From the NCBI GenBank assembly GCA_027491435.1, contig JAOZFG010000017.1:44466-108465 (forward strand): a stretch of DNA of 64,000 nucleotides. The letters run 5' to 3'. Shown piece by piece: positions 19,974 through 27,985 of this stretch. Below the pieces are notes generated by a model that saw only the letters and a program-made list of their open reading frames with translations, searched no databases and was not told where the DNA came from. Numbering within the stretch: the stretch's first letter is position 1; the number at the start of each line of letters is the position of its first letter. Position numbers and translations under genes: made by a program. Source of the stretch: Thermoproteota archaeon. Its GTDB lineage: Archaea; Korarchaeota; Korarchaeia; Korarchaeales; Korarchaeaceae.

Positions 19974-20047
19974 AGGCCGGTGGCGCAGGCTGGTAGCGCG
20001 CCGCCTTCGCAAGGCGGAGGTCGGGGGTTCAAGTCCCCCCCGGTCCA
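19974..20047 (+). tRNA. tRNA-Ala(CGC); genomic A1:C72 mismatch
   Basis: AGGCCGG...CCGCC-TT CGC AA-GGCGG...CCGGTCCA; G3:U70 present. Confidence 0.93.
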
Positions 20048-20050
20048 CTT

Positions 20051-20125
20051 GGGCCCGTGGCTCAGACTGGTAAGAGCGCCCGGCTGATAACCGGGAGGTC
20101 GGGGGTTCAAGTCCCCCCGGGCCCA
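20051..20125 (+). tRNA. tRNA-Ile(GAT)
   Basis: GGGCCCG...CCCGG-CT GAT AA-CCGGG...CGGGCCCA. Confidence 0.97.
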
Positions 20126-20130
20126 TTAAG

Positions 20131-20541
20131 GTGATCAGGTTGAGGATTAAGCGGATTATACTGGACACCTCATTCCTCCTGGCATTAGCTCAGATGAAGG
20201 GCGTCAGCCTACATCAAATAAAGGAGAGATTTCCTAGAGCTGAAATTATAACGGTATCTCAGGTCTTAGAAGAATTAAGAAAGCTTGAGGGGAAGAGATT
20301 TGGAACCGGCGTCGCCAGGGAAGTGCTCAGGGGAGTAAAGGTTATCCACGTTGAAGGATATGACAGCGCGGACGACGCCGTCCTGAGCCTGTCTGAAGGT
20401 TTAAAGGAAGTGGCCGTCGTCACCTTTGACCTAGGCCTTAGGAAGAGGCTAGTTGAGCGAGGAATACCCGTAATCTACCTGAGGTCTAGGAAAAAGTTAT
20501 TAATAGATCATCCAGCTGGTTCCTACGAGGAGCCCCTCTGA
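20131..20541 (+). CDS. PIN-domain ribonuclease (Fcf1/Utp24-like)
   Basis: ILDTSFL, V.EEL, ADD, VTFD..LR; conserved position before rpoE'. Confidence 0.88.
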   Translation: MIRLRIKRIILDTSFLLALAQMKGVSLHQIKERFPRAEIITVSQVLEELRKLEGKRFGTGVAREVLRGVKVIHVEGYDSADDAVLSLSEGLKEVAVVTFDLGLRKRLVERGIPVIYLRSRKKLLIDHPAGSYEEPL

Positions 20542-20569
20542 ATCCGGAATCGGACTAGGTGATAGGTGA

Positions 20570-21139
20570 ATGTTTTACATCGCAGAGATGAGCGATATAG
20601 GTTATATAAGGCCCCTTGACTTGAAGGGGGATGTGAAAGAGATACTCAGGCGGCAGTTTAGCGGCAAGTATGTTGGTAAATACATTGAAGACTTAGGCTT
20701 GGTACTCGATGTATTGGAAGTAACTAGTGTTGGATTGGGAAAATCTTTCATTGGAAGTCCCCATATATACCTAAAAGCTGGCTTCAAAGTATTAACGTAT
20801 ATGCCAATCAGAGACGAAATTATCGAAGGTGAAGTGGAAAATATAGTTGATTATGGAATGTTTGTATCGATCGGTCCGATAAACGGGTTCGTCCACATCT
20901 CCCAGTTAGGAAACGACGTGTTCATACATAGAGGGGGAATCCTTCAAGGTAAGAAGAAGAAAGTTAAGTTCTCAATAGGTGATGTGGTGAGAGCCAAGGT
21001 CACAGCTGTGAGTAAGCCCAACTTGGCAGCCGCCCTTAGGGGAGAGCCAATAGTTAGAGTTTCTTTAACCATGAGACAGCCCGGCCTAGGTAAGCTTGTA
21101 GAGGAAGGTGAAAAGGTTGCCAAAGTACAAAGCGTGTAG
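20570..21139 (+). CDS. rpo7: RNA polymerase subunit E' (Rpo7)
   Basis: EIIEGEV..IVDYGMFV.IGP..GFVHISQ, LTMRQPGLGK. Confidence 0.96.
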   Translation: MFYIAEMSDIGYIRPLDLKGDVKEILRRQFSGKYVGKYIEDLGLVLDVLEVTSVGLGKSFIGSPHIYLKAGFKVLTYMPIRDEIIEGEVENIVDYGMFVSIGPINGFVHISQLGNDVFIHRGGILQGKKKKVKFSIGDVVRAKVTAVSKPNLAAALRGEPIVRVSLTMRQPGLGKLVEEGEKVAKVQSV

Positions 21140-21305
21140 GATCTGTAAGGCCTTGACAACCGAGGACAGGTGTCCCATTTGTGGGTCTACCGATCTAACT
21201 TACAATTGGGAGGGAATAATAGCTGTAATTGACCCGCTAAGGTCCAAGCTAGCCCAGTCTTTGGGTTACAAGAAACAGGGGATATACGCCCTGAGGGTGA
21301 GATAG
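21108..21305 (+). CDS. spt4: Transcription elongation factor Spt4 (RpoE'')
   Basis: KACRICK...CPICGS..LT..WEG.I.VIDP..S..A...YALRVR. Confidence 0.96.
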   Translation: MKRLPKYKACRICKALTTEDRCPICGSTDLTYNWEGIIAVIDPLRSKLAQSLGYKKQGIYALRVR

Positions 21306-21346
21306 ATCTTTAAATATGTTAGGGATCGCCTGATGTGTTGGGAGGA

Positions 21347-21646
21347 ATGATGAAGGTGGAAATTATAGAGCGGAGGCCTAATGAGCTACTTCAGAGGGAG
21401 GAGGTGCTGGCCAGGATAGAGTTCGAGGGGGGAACGCCTTCAAGGAAGGAAGTCAGGGAGGAACTAGCCAAGGCTTTGGGCAAGTCACCTGATGCGCTAT
21501 TCATAAGGAAGATAGAGACCGAATACGGTTTAACTGAGGCCAAAGTGTTCGCTATGGCCTACTATGACAGGAGGATCGCTCTGATGATAGAGCCCGAGCA
21601 TATCATAAGGAGGAATGAGGGAGGAGGTGAGAAGGGTGAAGCATAA
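21347..21646 (+). CDS. rps24e: 30S ribosomal protein S24e
   Basis: [30 protein letters not shown]. Confidence 0.95.
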   Translation: MMKVEIIERRPNELLQREEVLARIEFEGGTPSRKEVREELAKALGKSPDALFIRKIETEYGLTEAKVFAMAYYDRRIALMIEPEHIIRRNEGGGEKGEA

Positions 21647-21794
21647 ACCCGTTCAGGTTTGGAAGTATTATTCGATAGAGGGGGATAAGTTGGTCCTTAA
21701 GAAGAGGAAGTGTCCTAGGTGCGGCTCGTTCATGGCGGAGCATAAGGATAGGTGGACCTGCGGCAAGTGCGGCTACACCGATTTCAAGAAGTAA
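21636..21794 (+). CDS. rps27ae: 30S ribosomal protein S27ae (eS31)
   Basis: Manual translation: [52 protein letters not shown]; below ORF-track cutoff. Confidence 0.96.
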   Translation: MKHKPVQVWKYYSIEGDKLVLKKRKCPRCGSFMAEHKDRWTCGKCGYTDFKK

Positions 21795-21872
21795 CGTCCT
21801 CGACTACCGACGATTGATGTATTTCCTTTTAAATAGGTTGGGTACAGGATACCTGATGCTTTAGGCGAGGGG

Positions 21873-23099
21873 ATGAGCTTGAAGTCTATAATCAAGTCTG
21901 CCTATAAGAGAGCTGAAGAAGAGCCTATTGAAACCCCAGATAAGGTGGCCCCTGAAGATTCCATGCTTAAGGAGTTCGTTGAGAAGGTAAAGGCTAGGAT
22001 AGTTATCATGGGGATAGGAGGTGCCGGCAGCAATACGATCACTAGGCTGAACGCAATTGGTATAGATTCCGTAGAGACCATAGCTGTTAACACCGACGCC
22101 CAACACCTCCTCACCACCTCTGCTGACAGGAAGATCTTGATTGGAAAGGAAGTATGCGGGGGCAACGGCTCTGGAGGGGATCCTAGGATTGGTGAAGAGG
22201 CCGCTAGAGAGAGTTCTGAGGATATTAAAGAGATACTGGCTGGGACCGATATACTCTTCCTGATGGCTGGGCTGGGAGGGGGCACCGGGACGGGCGCCAG
22301 TCCTGTAATAGCGGATATAGCTAAGCAGCTAGGGGCTGTTGTAGTGTCAATAGTGACCCTTCCGTTCTCTGCCGAGGGGATGAAGAAAAAGGAGATAGCC
22401 ATGGAAGGACTTGCTAGGCTAGCTAAGTCCTCAGATACTATAGTCGTGGTAAACAACGACAGGATCTTGGATATAGCCAAGGAGCTCCCCCTGTATCAGG
22501 CGTTCTTCATATCCGACGAGATAGTCGCCAGGGCCGTCAAGGGAATGGTGGAGATAGTCATGAAGCCCGGACTCATAAACGTGGATCTGGCTGACCTTAG
22601 AAACGTACTTGAGAAGGGAGGCCCAGCCGTACTCACCTTCGGCGAAAGCGATGGAGAGAACAGGGCTATAGAGGCAGTAGATGACGCGTTAGAAAACCCC
22701 TTGCTGGACGCTGATATATCTGGCGGGAAAGCGGCCATAATTAACATAACCTCTGGACCTGATTTCTCCCTGAACGAGATGGAGCAGATCGTCGAGACAA
22801 TTGTCGGATCATTAGATCCCAACGCTAACGTTATATGGGGAGCTAGGATAGACGAGAGCTTGAAGGGATCGGTCCAGGTGTTGTTGGTGGTTACGGGGGT
22901 CGCTTCCCCATCAGTAGAGGCAGCACTTCAGGGCGAGTTTGAGGCCCCGGCTACCTTGGAGAGAACTACAGTTCCTAAGGTGGAGGTTAAGACTAAGTTG
23001 AAGGGTAAGAAGACCTTAGAGAGGAAAACCGTCCCTATAAGACAGGCAGGAAAGAAGAGGGAGAGTTACAGTGGAGACTTCGGCATAGACGAACTGTGA
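21873..23099 (+). CDS. ftsZ1: Cell division protein FtsZ1
   Basis: GIGGAGSN, AVNTDAQHL, GLGGGTGTG, GLINVDLAD; ftsZ-secE-spt5-L11 context. Confidence 0.97.
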   Translation: MSLKSIIKSAYKRAEEEPIETPDKVAPEDSMLKEFVEKVKARIVIMGIGGAGSNTITRLNAIGIDSVETIAVNTDAQHLLTTSADRKILIGKEVCGGNGSGGDPRIGEEAARESSEDIKEILAGTDILFLMAGLGGGTGTGASPVIADIAKQLGAVVVSIVTLPFSAEGMKKKEIAMEGLARLAKSSDTIVVVNNDRILDIAKELPLYQAFFISDEIVARAVKGMVEIVMKPGLINVDLADLRNVLEKGGPAVLTFGESDGENRAIEAVDDALENPLLDADISGGKAAIINITSGPDFSLNEMEQIVETIVGSLDPNANVIWGARIDESLKGSVQVLLVVTGVASPSVEAALQGEFEAPATLERTTVPKVEVKTKLKGKKTLERKTVPIRQAGKKRESYSGDFGIDEL

Positions 23100-23109
23100 G
23101 GTGTCCGTG

Positions 23110-23271
23110 ATGTCCCTGTTGGAGGACATAGTACAGGCTTTAAAGCTCGCCGAGAAGCCCAAGTTCGATCAGGTGATGACCACGTTCAAGGTCACAATGG
23201 CCGGCTTTCTCATAGTTGGTATAATAGGCTTCATCATACAGCTGACGGCAACTCTCCTGTCGACTGGGTAG
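23110..23271 (+). CDS. secE: Protein translocase SecE/Sec61gamma
   Basis: Manual translation: MSLLEDIVQALKLAEKPKFDQVMTTFKVTMAGFLIVGIIGFIIQLTATLLSTG; conserved position. Confidence 0.92.
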   Translation: MSLLEDIVQALKLAEKPKFDQVMTTFKVTMAGFLIVGIIGFIIQLTATLLSTG

Positions 23272-23283
23272 GGTGTACCTTGG

Positions 23284-23787
23284 ATGGAAGGGGCTGCTGA
23301 AAGAGAGGAAGTTAAGGCCAAGGCCATATTCTTCGTAGTAAGGACCAGCGCTGGTCAAGAATTGAACGCTGTGAGGCTTTTAGCGGCCAGAGCCAACACT
23401 ATGGGAGCCAAAATTAGGTCTATCCTCTTTATTCCCAAGTTTAAGGGGTACTTGTTTGTGGAGGCTGACAGGGAGTATGAGGTGAGGAGGCTGGTTAGGG
23501 GATCCTCTAAGGTAAAGCTTATGACCACGAGTCCCGTGTCCATGAGTGAAATAGAGGATCTCCTGGCTTCAGAAGCTTCCACCATCGAGATAGAGAAGGG
23601 AGATATAGTCAAGATAGTCAAAGGAAACTTTAAGGGGTACAGGGCTAAGGTGCTCTCTGTATTGGAAGGAGGTAAGGGGATGATCTTGGCAAAGCTACTG
23701 GATATAGATAGGGATTGGGAGGTTAAGATCCCAATAGATCATGTGAAGCTTGAGAAGAAGGTTGAGAAGGAGGAAGAGGTGAGGTGA
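23284..23787 (+). CDS. spt5: Transcription elongation factor Spt5 (NusG)
   Basis: [32 protein letters not shown]. Confidence 0.95.
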   Translation: MEGAAEREEVKAKAIFFVVRTSAGQELNAVRLLAARANTMGAKIRSILFIPKFKGYLFVEADREYEVRRLVRGSSKVKLMTTSPVSMSEIEDLLASEASTIEIEKGDIVKIVKGNFKGYRAKVLSVLEGGKGMILAKLLDIDRDWEVKIPIDHVKLEKKVEKEEEVR

Positions 23788-23788
23788 A

Positions 23789-24271
23789 TTGGCTAAGAAG
23801 GTCGTTAGAGTGATGGTCGTTGGAGGAAAGGCCACACCTGGTCCGCCCATAGGGCCTGCCCTAGGAGGACTGGGCCTCAACATGGGGCAGGTTGTAAAGG
23901 AGATCAACGATAAGACTAAGGAGTACGCTGGCATGAAAGTGCCTGTCGAGATAGAGGTAGACCTGGAAACCAGGCAGTTTGAGGTGAGGGTTGGCACTCC
24001 GCCCACCTCTATGCTAATATTGAGGGAGCTAGGGCTTGAGAAAGGATCCTCTGACGCTGGAGGGAAGAAGGTAGGTGACCTAAGCATGGAACAGGTGGTC
24101 AAGATAGCTAAGATAAAGTTGAACGATGCCAACACCAAGGACCTGAAGAAGGTCGTCAAACAAGTCCTTGGGACAGCTTTATCTATGGGGGTCACAGTAG
24201 AGGGAAAGGACCCAAGGGAAGTTCAGAAGGAGATAGATCAGGGTCTCTGGGATCAGGTTATAGCAGGGTGA
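23789..24271 (+). CDS. rpl11: 50S ribosomal protein L11
   Basis: [33 protein letters not shown]. Confidence 0.98.
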   Translation: MAKKVVRVMVVGGKATPGPPIGPALGGLGLNMGQVVKEINDKTKEYAGMKVPVEIEVDLETRQFEVRVGTPPTSMLILRELGLEKGSSDAGGKKVGDLSMEQVVKIAKIKLNDANTKDLKKVVKQVLGTALSMGVTVEGKDPREVQKEIDQGLWDQVIAG

Positions 24272-24275
24272 TCTC

Positions 24276-24959
24276 ATGTCTCACGTAATTGTTGAGGATA
24301 AGGCCCTAGAGATAATAAGGAAGGTTCTGGAGGAGAGCCCTAAGAGGAGGTTTAAGGAGGCGGTGGACCTCACAGTGGTGCTCAGGGGTATCGACTTAAA
24401 GAGGGACCCTAACGCCAAGATAAACGAAGTTGTAGAGCTTCCTCACATGCCCAAGAACAGACCCGTCAAGATAGCTGTCATTGGAAAGGGGGACTTCGCC
24501 CTCAAGGCTAAGGAAGCGGGAGCCGACGAAGTGTTGAGTTTGGAGGACATAGAAGCTATGGCCGGTAACAAGAAGGCTTTGAAGAAGTTAGCCAACAAGT
24601 ACGACTTCTTCATAGCACAGGCGGATCTGGTACCGAAGATCGCTAGGATCATAGGTCCTGTCTTTGGCCCTAGGAACAAGATGCCGGTAACCCTGCCTGC
24701 CACAGCTGTGGACAAGTTGCCGGACATGATTAACAAGCTTAGGAAGTCCGTGAGGATAAGGATGAGGGATCAGCCCCTGTTCCACGTGAAGGTGGGGTCC
24801 CGAGATATGTCTCCTGAGGAGATACTGGAGAACGTAAAGACCGTCCTGTCCGTTGTTGAGAGGAAGTATGAGGATCCCAACAAGATAGCCAAAGTGTATA
24901 TAAAGACGACAATGGGACCAGCATATGAGTTGCCCATAGTCTATCATAAGAGGAGGTAA
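24276..24959 (+). CDS. rpl1: 50S ribosomal protein L1
   Basis: KRRFKEAVDL, GPRNKMP, YIKTTMGP. Confidence 0.97.
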   Translation: MSHVIVEDKALEIIRKVLEESPKRRFKEAVDLTVVLRGIDLKRDPNAKINEVVELPHMPKNRPVKIAVIGKGDFALKAKEAGADEVLSLEDIEAMAGNKKALKKLANKYDFFIAQADLVPKIARIIGPVFGPRNKMPVTLPATAVDKLPDMINKLRKSVRIRMRDQPLFHVKVGSRDMSPEEILENVKTVLSVVERKYEDPNKIAKVYIKTTMGPAYELPIVYHKRR

Positions 24960-24963
24960 GATC

Positions 24964-25839
24964 ATGTCTTTGCTTATAGATCCTGGAAGGAGAAGCAAGC
25001 AGAGGATTAGAAAGGCCAAAGTGATGGAGAAGTTCATAAAGCTGGTTCAGGAGTATCCAGTGGTAATGTTGGCTGACTTCACCAGGGTACCGGCGGATCA
25101 CTTTCAGAGGGCCAGGAAGGAGCTAGCTCCTAACATTAAGTTCTACGTGATAAAGAAGAGGTTAGCAAAGAAAGCGGCCGAGATGGTGGAGAGAAAGGGG
25201 TTAAAAGAGCTCCTGGAGAGGATGCCCCAGAACCTAGTAGTCATATTGAGCAAGGAGGATCCATTTGAAACCTACAGAAAGGTGACTGAGAGTAAGGCGG
25301 AGGTCTTTGTGAAGCCTGGAGAAGTCGCTGAGGACGATATAGTCATACAGAAGGGTCCAACTGACTTGGCCCCAGGGCCCATACTCACAGACCTTAGAGC
25401 CATGAACATCCCAACCAAGATCCAAGGAGGTAAGATAGCCATAGCCCAGGACGTCGTCATCGTCAAGAAGGGGGAGGTGGTCTCCAAGCAGGTGGCCGAC
25501 GTGCTTAAGAACTTGGGAATAAAGCCAGTTAAGGTAGGTTTCAAGGTCACTGGAGCCATAGATGAGGAAGGCATACTCTACTTGCCTGAGGTGCTTGCCG
25601 TAACTAAGGAAGAGATATTGGAGAACCTAAGCGCTGCCATATCTAGGGCGTTGACCCTCGCCTTGGAGATTGAGGAGATAAACAAGTATACCGTGAGGCC
25701 TCTCACAACCAAGGCTGTGCTTCAGTCCATGGCCTTGGCCACTGAGATAGGGTGGATAACCGATAAGACGCTCAGGCCAATAATTGCTAAGGCAGTGGCC
25801 GCTGCTAGAGCCCTCAAGGAAAAGGTAAATTTTGAGTGA
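24964..25839 (+). CDS. rpl10: 50S ribosomal protein L10/P0 (uL10), without acidic C-terminal tail
   Basis: KPGEVA.DDIVI.KGPT.L.PGP, IPTKIQGGKI; three stalk-binding helices then stop. Confidence 0.95.
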   Translation: MSLLIDPGRRSKQRIRKAKVMEKFIKLVQEYPVVMLADFTRVPADHFQRARKELAPNIKFYVIKKRLAKKAAEMVERKGLKELLERMPQNLVVILSKEDPFETYRKVTESKAEVFVKPGEVAEDDIVIQKGPTDLAPGPILTDLRAMNIPTKIQGGKIAIAQDVVIVKKGEVVSKQVADVLKNLGIKPVKVGFKVTGAIDEEGILYLPEVLAVTKEEILENLSAAISRALTLALEIEEINKYTVRPLTTKAVLQSMALATEIGWITDKTLRPIIAKAVAAARALKEKVNFE

Positions 25840-25914
25840 AATGAGAAGAAGCAGGGGGATGACCGGAGGCACCAGCCATGAGGGAGTGATTTAATGCGCG
25901 CATTAGGGACCCCC

Positions 25915-27048
25915 TCAGGAAACATCCCCCAGATATGGCTTATAGGACTCCAAGGCGTCCTTCCACTCTTTTTCTCCGAATAACCCCTTCTCCTTTTGCC
26001 ACTTTTGTAATTCGTAAAGAGGCCTTAGCAGATCCGGATCACTCATGAACTTCTCTCTTAACCCCTTGAACTCGTTTATAAAGTGTTCAGCAACGAAGTG
26101 TTTCAGGTCCAGTGGATGTATCTCCCCCTCCCTGTATGCCCTTTCCAGCTCCTCATAACTGTTTATTTCTATCTCACCTCCTCCCCTTGACCTAGATCTA
26201 GGCAACTTAACCGGAGACTTCCATGGCAGGATTAAGTACTTCATGGCGGCCAGCATAGGGTTTATCAACCTCCCCTCCTCATCAAAGCTCTCATTCCATG
26301 GAGGGCAGAAGGCTGCCTTCACCTTGGAGGCTATTATCTCCGGAGGGTCGTGGACTGCTATGTGTGATTTAGGTACGCTGCTGCTCATCTTCCCACCTTT
26401 CTCCAGACCTGGTATTAAAGGCAGGTGGATAGCTGAGGGCACGTACTTCTCGACCCTTAACTGAACTGGCGATGAGAATACATCCCTAGCTAGAGCGTGT
26501 ATCTTCCTCTGGTCCGTTCCACCTATGGCTACCTTAACCCCCAGGTAGAGTATGTCCAAGGCTTGCATCAACGGGTAGACTATATGTGACACCATTGGAT
26601 CCTTGCCCCTGGCTATGATAGTCATGGCCCTCCAAGCCCTGTTCACCGTTACCTTCTGGGAAAGGGTGAGCAGGTCCATCACGTAGTCCTCAGAAAGTTC
26701 AAAGTCGCTACCCAACACGATCTCTATTTCAGGACTACCTAGCTCGTGAAAGACCGTCTTCCAGTAAGTCATCGATACCTCTTTTATCACATCTTGGGGT
26801 CCCTTGAGGTTTAGTATGGCGTGAATGTCTGCCATTAAGGCTATGGAGTGAAAGCCCGCTTCTATCATGTCCCTAAGCTTGTAGATTGTTATTAGGGTTC
26901 CCACGTGAATGGGACCTGATGGCTCGTACCCTACGTATGTGTTCGGCCTACCTCCTTCCTTTACTATTCCCTCAATCTCGTCGATCGTCATCACGAACTC
27001 TTCCTGAGGTTCAGCTACGTTTCTGAGAACTAACTCGATGGGGTCCAA
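25915..27048 (-). CDS. tyrS: Tyrosine--tRNA ligase
   Basis: YVGYEPSGPIHVG, VYPLMQALD, GGTDQRKIH, KMSSS, AFCPP, HPLDLK. Confidence 0.96.
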   Translation of the reverse strand: MDPIELVLRNVAEPQEEFVMTIDEIEGIVKEGGRPNTYVGYEPSGPIHVGTLITIYKLRDMIEAGFHSIALMADIHAILNLKGPQDVIKEVSMTYWKTVFHELGSPEIEIVLGSDFELSEDYVMDLLTLSQKVTVNRAWRAMTIIARGKDPMVSHIVYPLMQALDILYLGVKVAIGGTDQRKIHALARDVFSSPVQLRVEKYVPSAIHLPLIPGLEKGGKMSSSVPKSHIAVHDPPEIIASKVKAAFCPPWNESFDEEGRLINPMLAAMKYLILPWKSPVKLPRSRSRGGGEIEINSYEELERAYREGEIHPLDLKHFVAEHFINEFKGLREKFMSDPDLLRPLYELQKWQKEKGLFGEKEWKDALESYKPYLGDVS

Positions 27049-27108
27049 CGTCCCACCGGGAGTTGGGGCTAGGGGAATTAATGAACTTTAGGTGTGAGGG
27101 AGGTAGTA

Positions 27109-27168
27109 GGCCTCAGGGTAGGTCAGTCAACACATCCAGTTCGTAGTCGTCGCCAATCATCATTGGCC
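27109..27168 (-). ncRNA. Box C/D methylation guide sRNA
   Basis: GGCCA-ATGATGA(C)-TTGGCGACGACT-ACGA(D')-..GTGTTGA(C')-CTGACCTACC-CTGA(D)-GGCC; perfect C and D boxes, terminal GGCC stem, 60 nt, intergenic. Confidence 0.85.
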
Positions 27169-27172
27169 AACC

Positions 27173-27655
27173 TTATGGGCCAAGGGACATCTTAACCTTT
27201 ATGGATCTGGCTTTTAGGAGCATTCGTAACATCTGCCAGTAATGAGTTGCAAACCAGTAAACATTACCACATTTATTGCATCTTAGAAATATATTATTAC
27301 TCTTTATGACCTCTCTAGGTAGATTATTTAGGATAATTTTGCTAACTGGAGACATGGGAGAATTGCAGAAGGGACACCTTGTGGTCCTGGGATCTATTCT
27401 CAACCTAAGCCCAAGCTTAAGGGAGAGGAGGGCTAACGCCTCCTCCTGTCTCTCAGGAACTAGCAAATAGTTAATCCTTCTTTTAGAGACCCTCTTAGCC
27501 AATTCCTTATCTCTTGTGAGGAAAACCCTGCCGTTAAAGTCCATGCTCAGAATTTCCTCATCCATTAAGTCTGGGGAAATGAGCTCCGAGTCGTGGCCCA
27601 GTATCCTGAGCCACTTAGCCAGCTTGCCCAGCATTGCGTCAACTATAAACTTCAT
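27173..27655 (-). CDS. Mut7-C RNase domain protein (PIN fold plus Zn ribbon)
   Basis: KFIVDAMLGKLAKWLRILG.D, LTRDKEL, TRCPFCNS, C..CG.VYW..TH. Confidence 0.93.
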   Translation of the reverse strand: MKFIVDAMLGKLAKWLRILGHDSELISPDLMDEEILSMDFNGRVFLTRDKELAKRVSKRRINYLLVPERQEEALALLSLKLGLRLRIDPRTTRCPFCNSPMSPVSKIILNNLPREVIKSNNIFLRCNKCGNVYWFATHYWQMLRMLLKARSIKVKMSLGP

Positions 27656-27685
27656 CGGCCGAAAGAGTAGGGAGGAAAAATATTA

Positions 27686-27761
27686 TGGTAGCCCCGCCCG
27701 GATTCGAACCGGGGTCTCCGGGTCCAAAGCCCGGCGTGCTTGGCCGCTACACCACGGGGCT
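27686..27761 (-). tRNA. tRNA-Gln(TTG)
   Basis: AGCCCCG (A1:U72 archaeal Gln)...CCGGG-CT TTG GA-CCCGG...ACCA. Confidence 0.97.
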
Positions 27762-27769
27762 TCAAAAGT

Positions 27770-27859
27770 TGGTGCGGGGGGTGGGATTTGAACCCACGCG
27801 GGCCTGACGCCCACCGGACCCTGAATCCGGCGCCTTGGGCCTGGCTTGGCTACCCCCGC
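27770..27859 (-). tRNA. tRNA-Leu(CAG)
   Basis: GCGGGGG...CCGGA-TT CAG GG-TCCGG, long variable arm, ACCA. Confidence 0.97.
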
Positions 27860-27861
27860 TT

Positions 27862-27939
27862 TGGTGCTCCGGCCGGGATTTGAACCCGGGTCTGGGGCTC
27901 GAAAGGCCCCTATGCTTGGCCGGGCTACACCACCGGAGC
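27862..27939 (-). tRNA. tRNA-Glu(TTC)
   Basis: GCTCCGG...GGGGC-CT TTC GA-GCCCC...ACCA. Confidence 0.97.
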
Positions 27940-27985
27940 CCCCAATCCCATACTCTAATAAGAAGGATATAAAAACTTGACGAGT

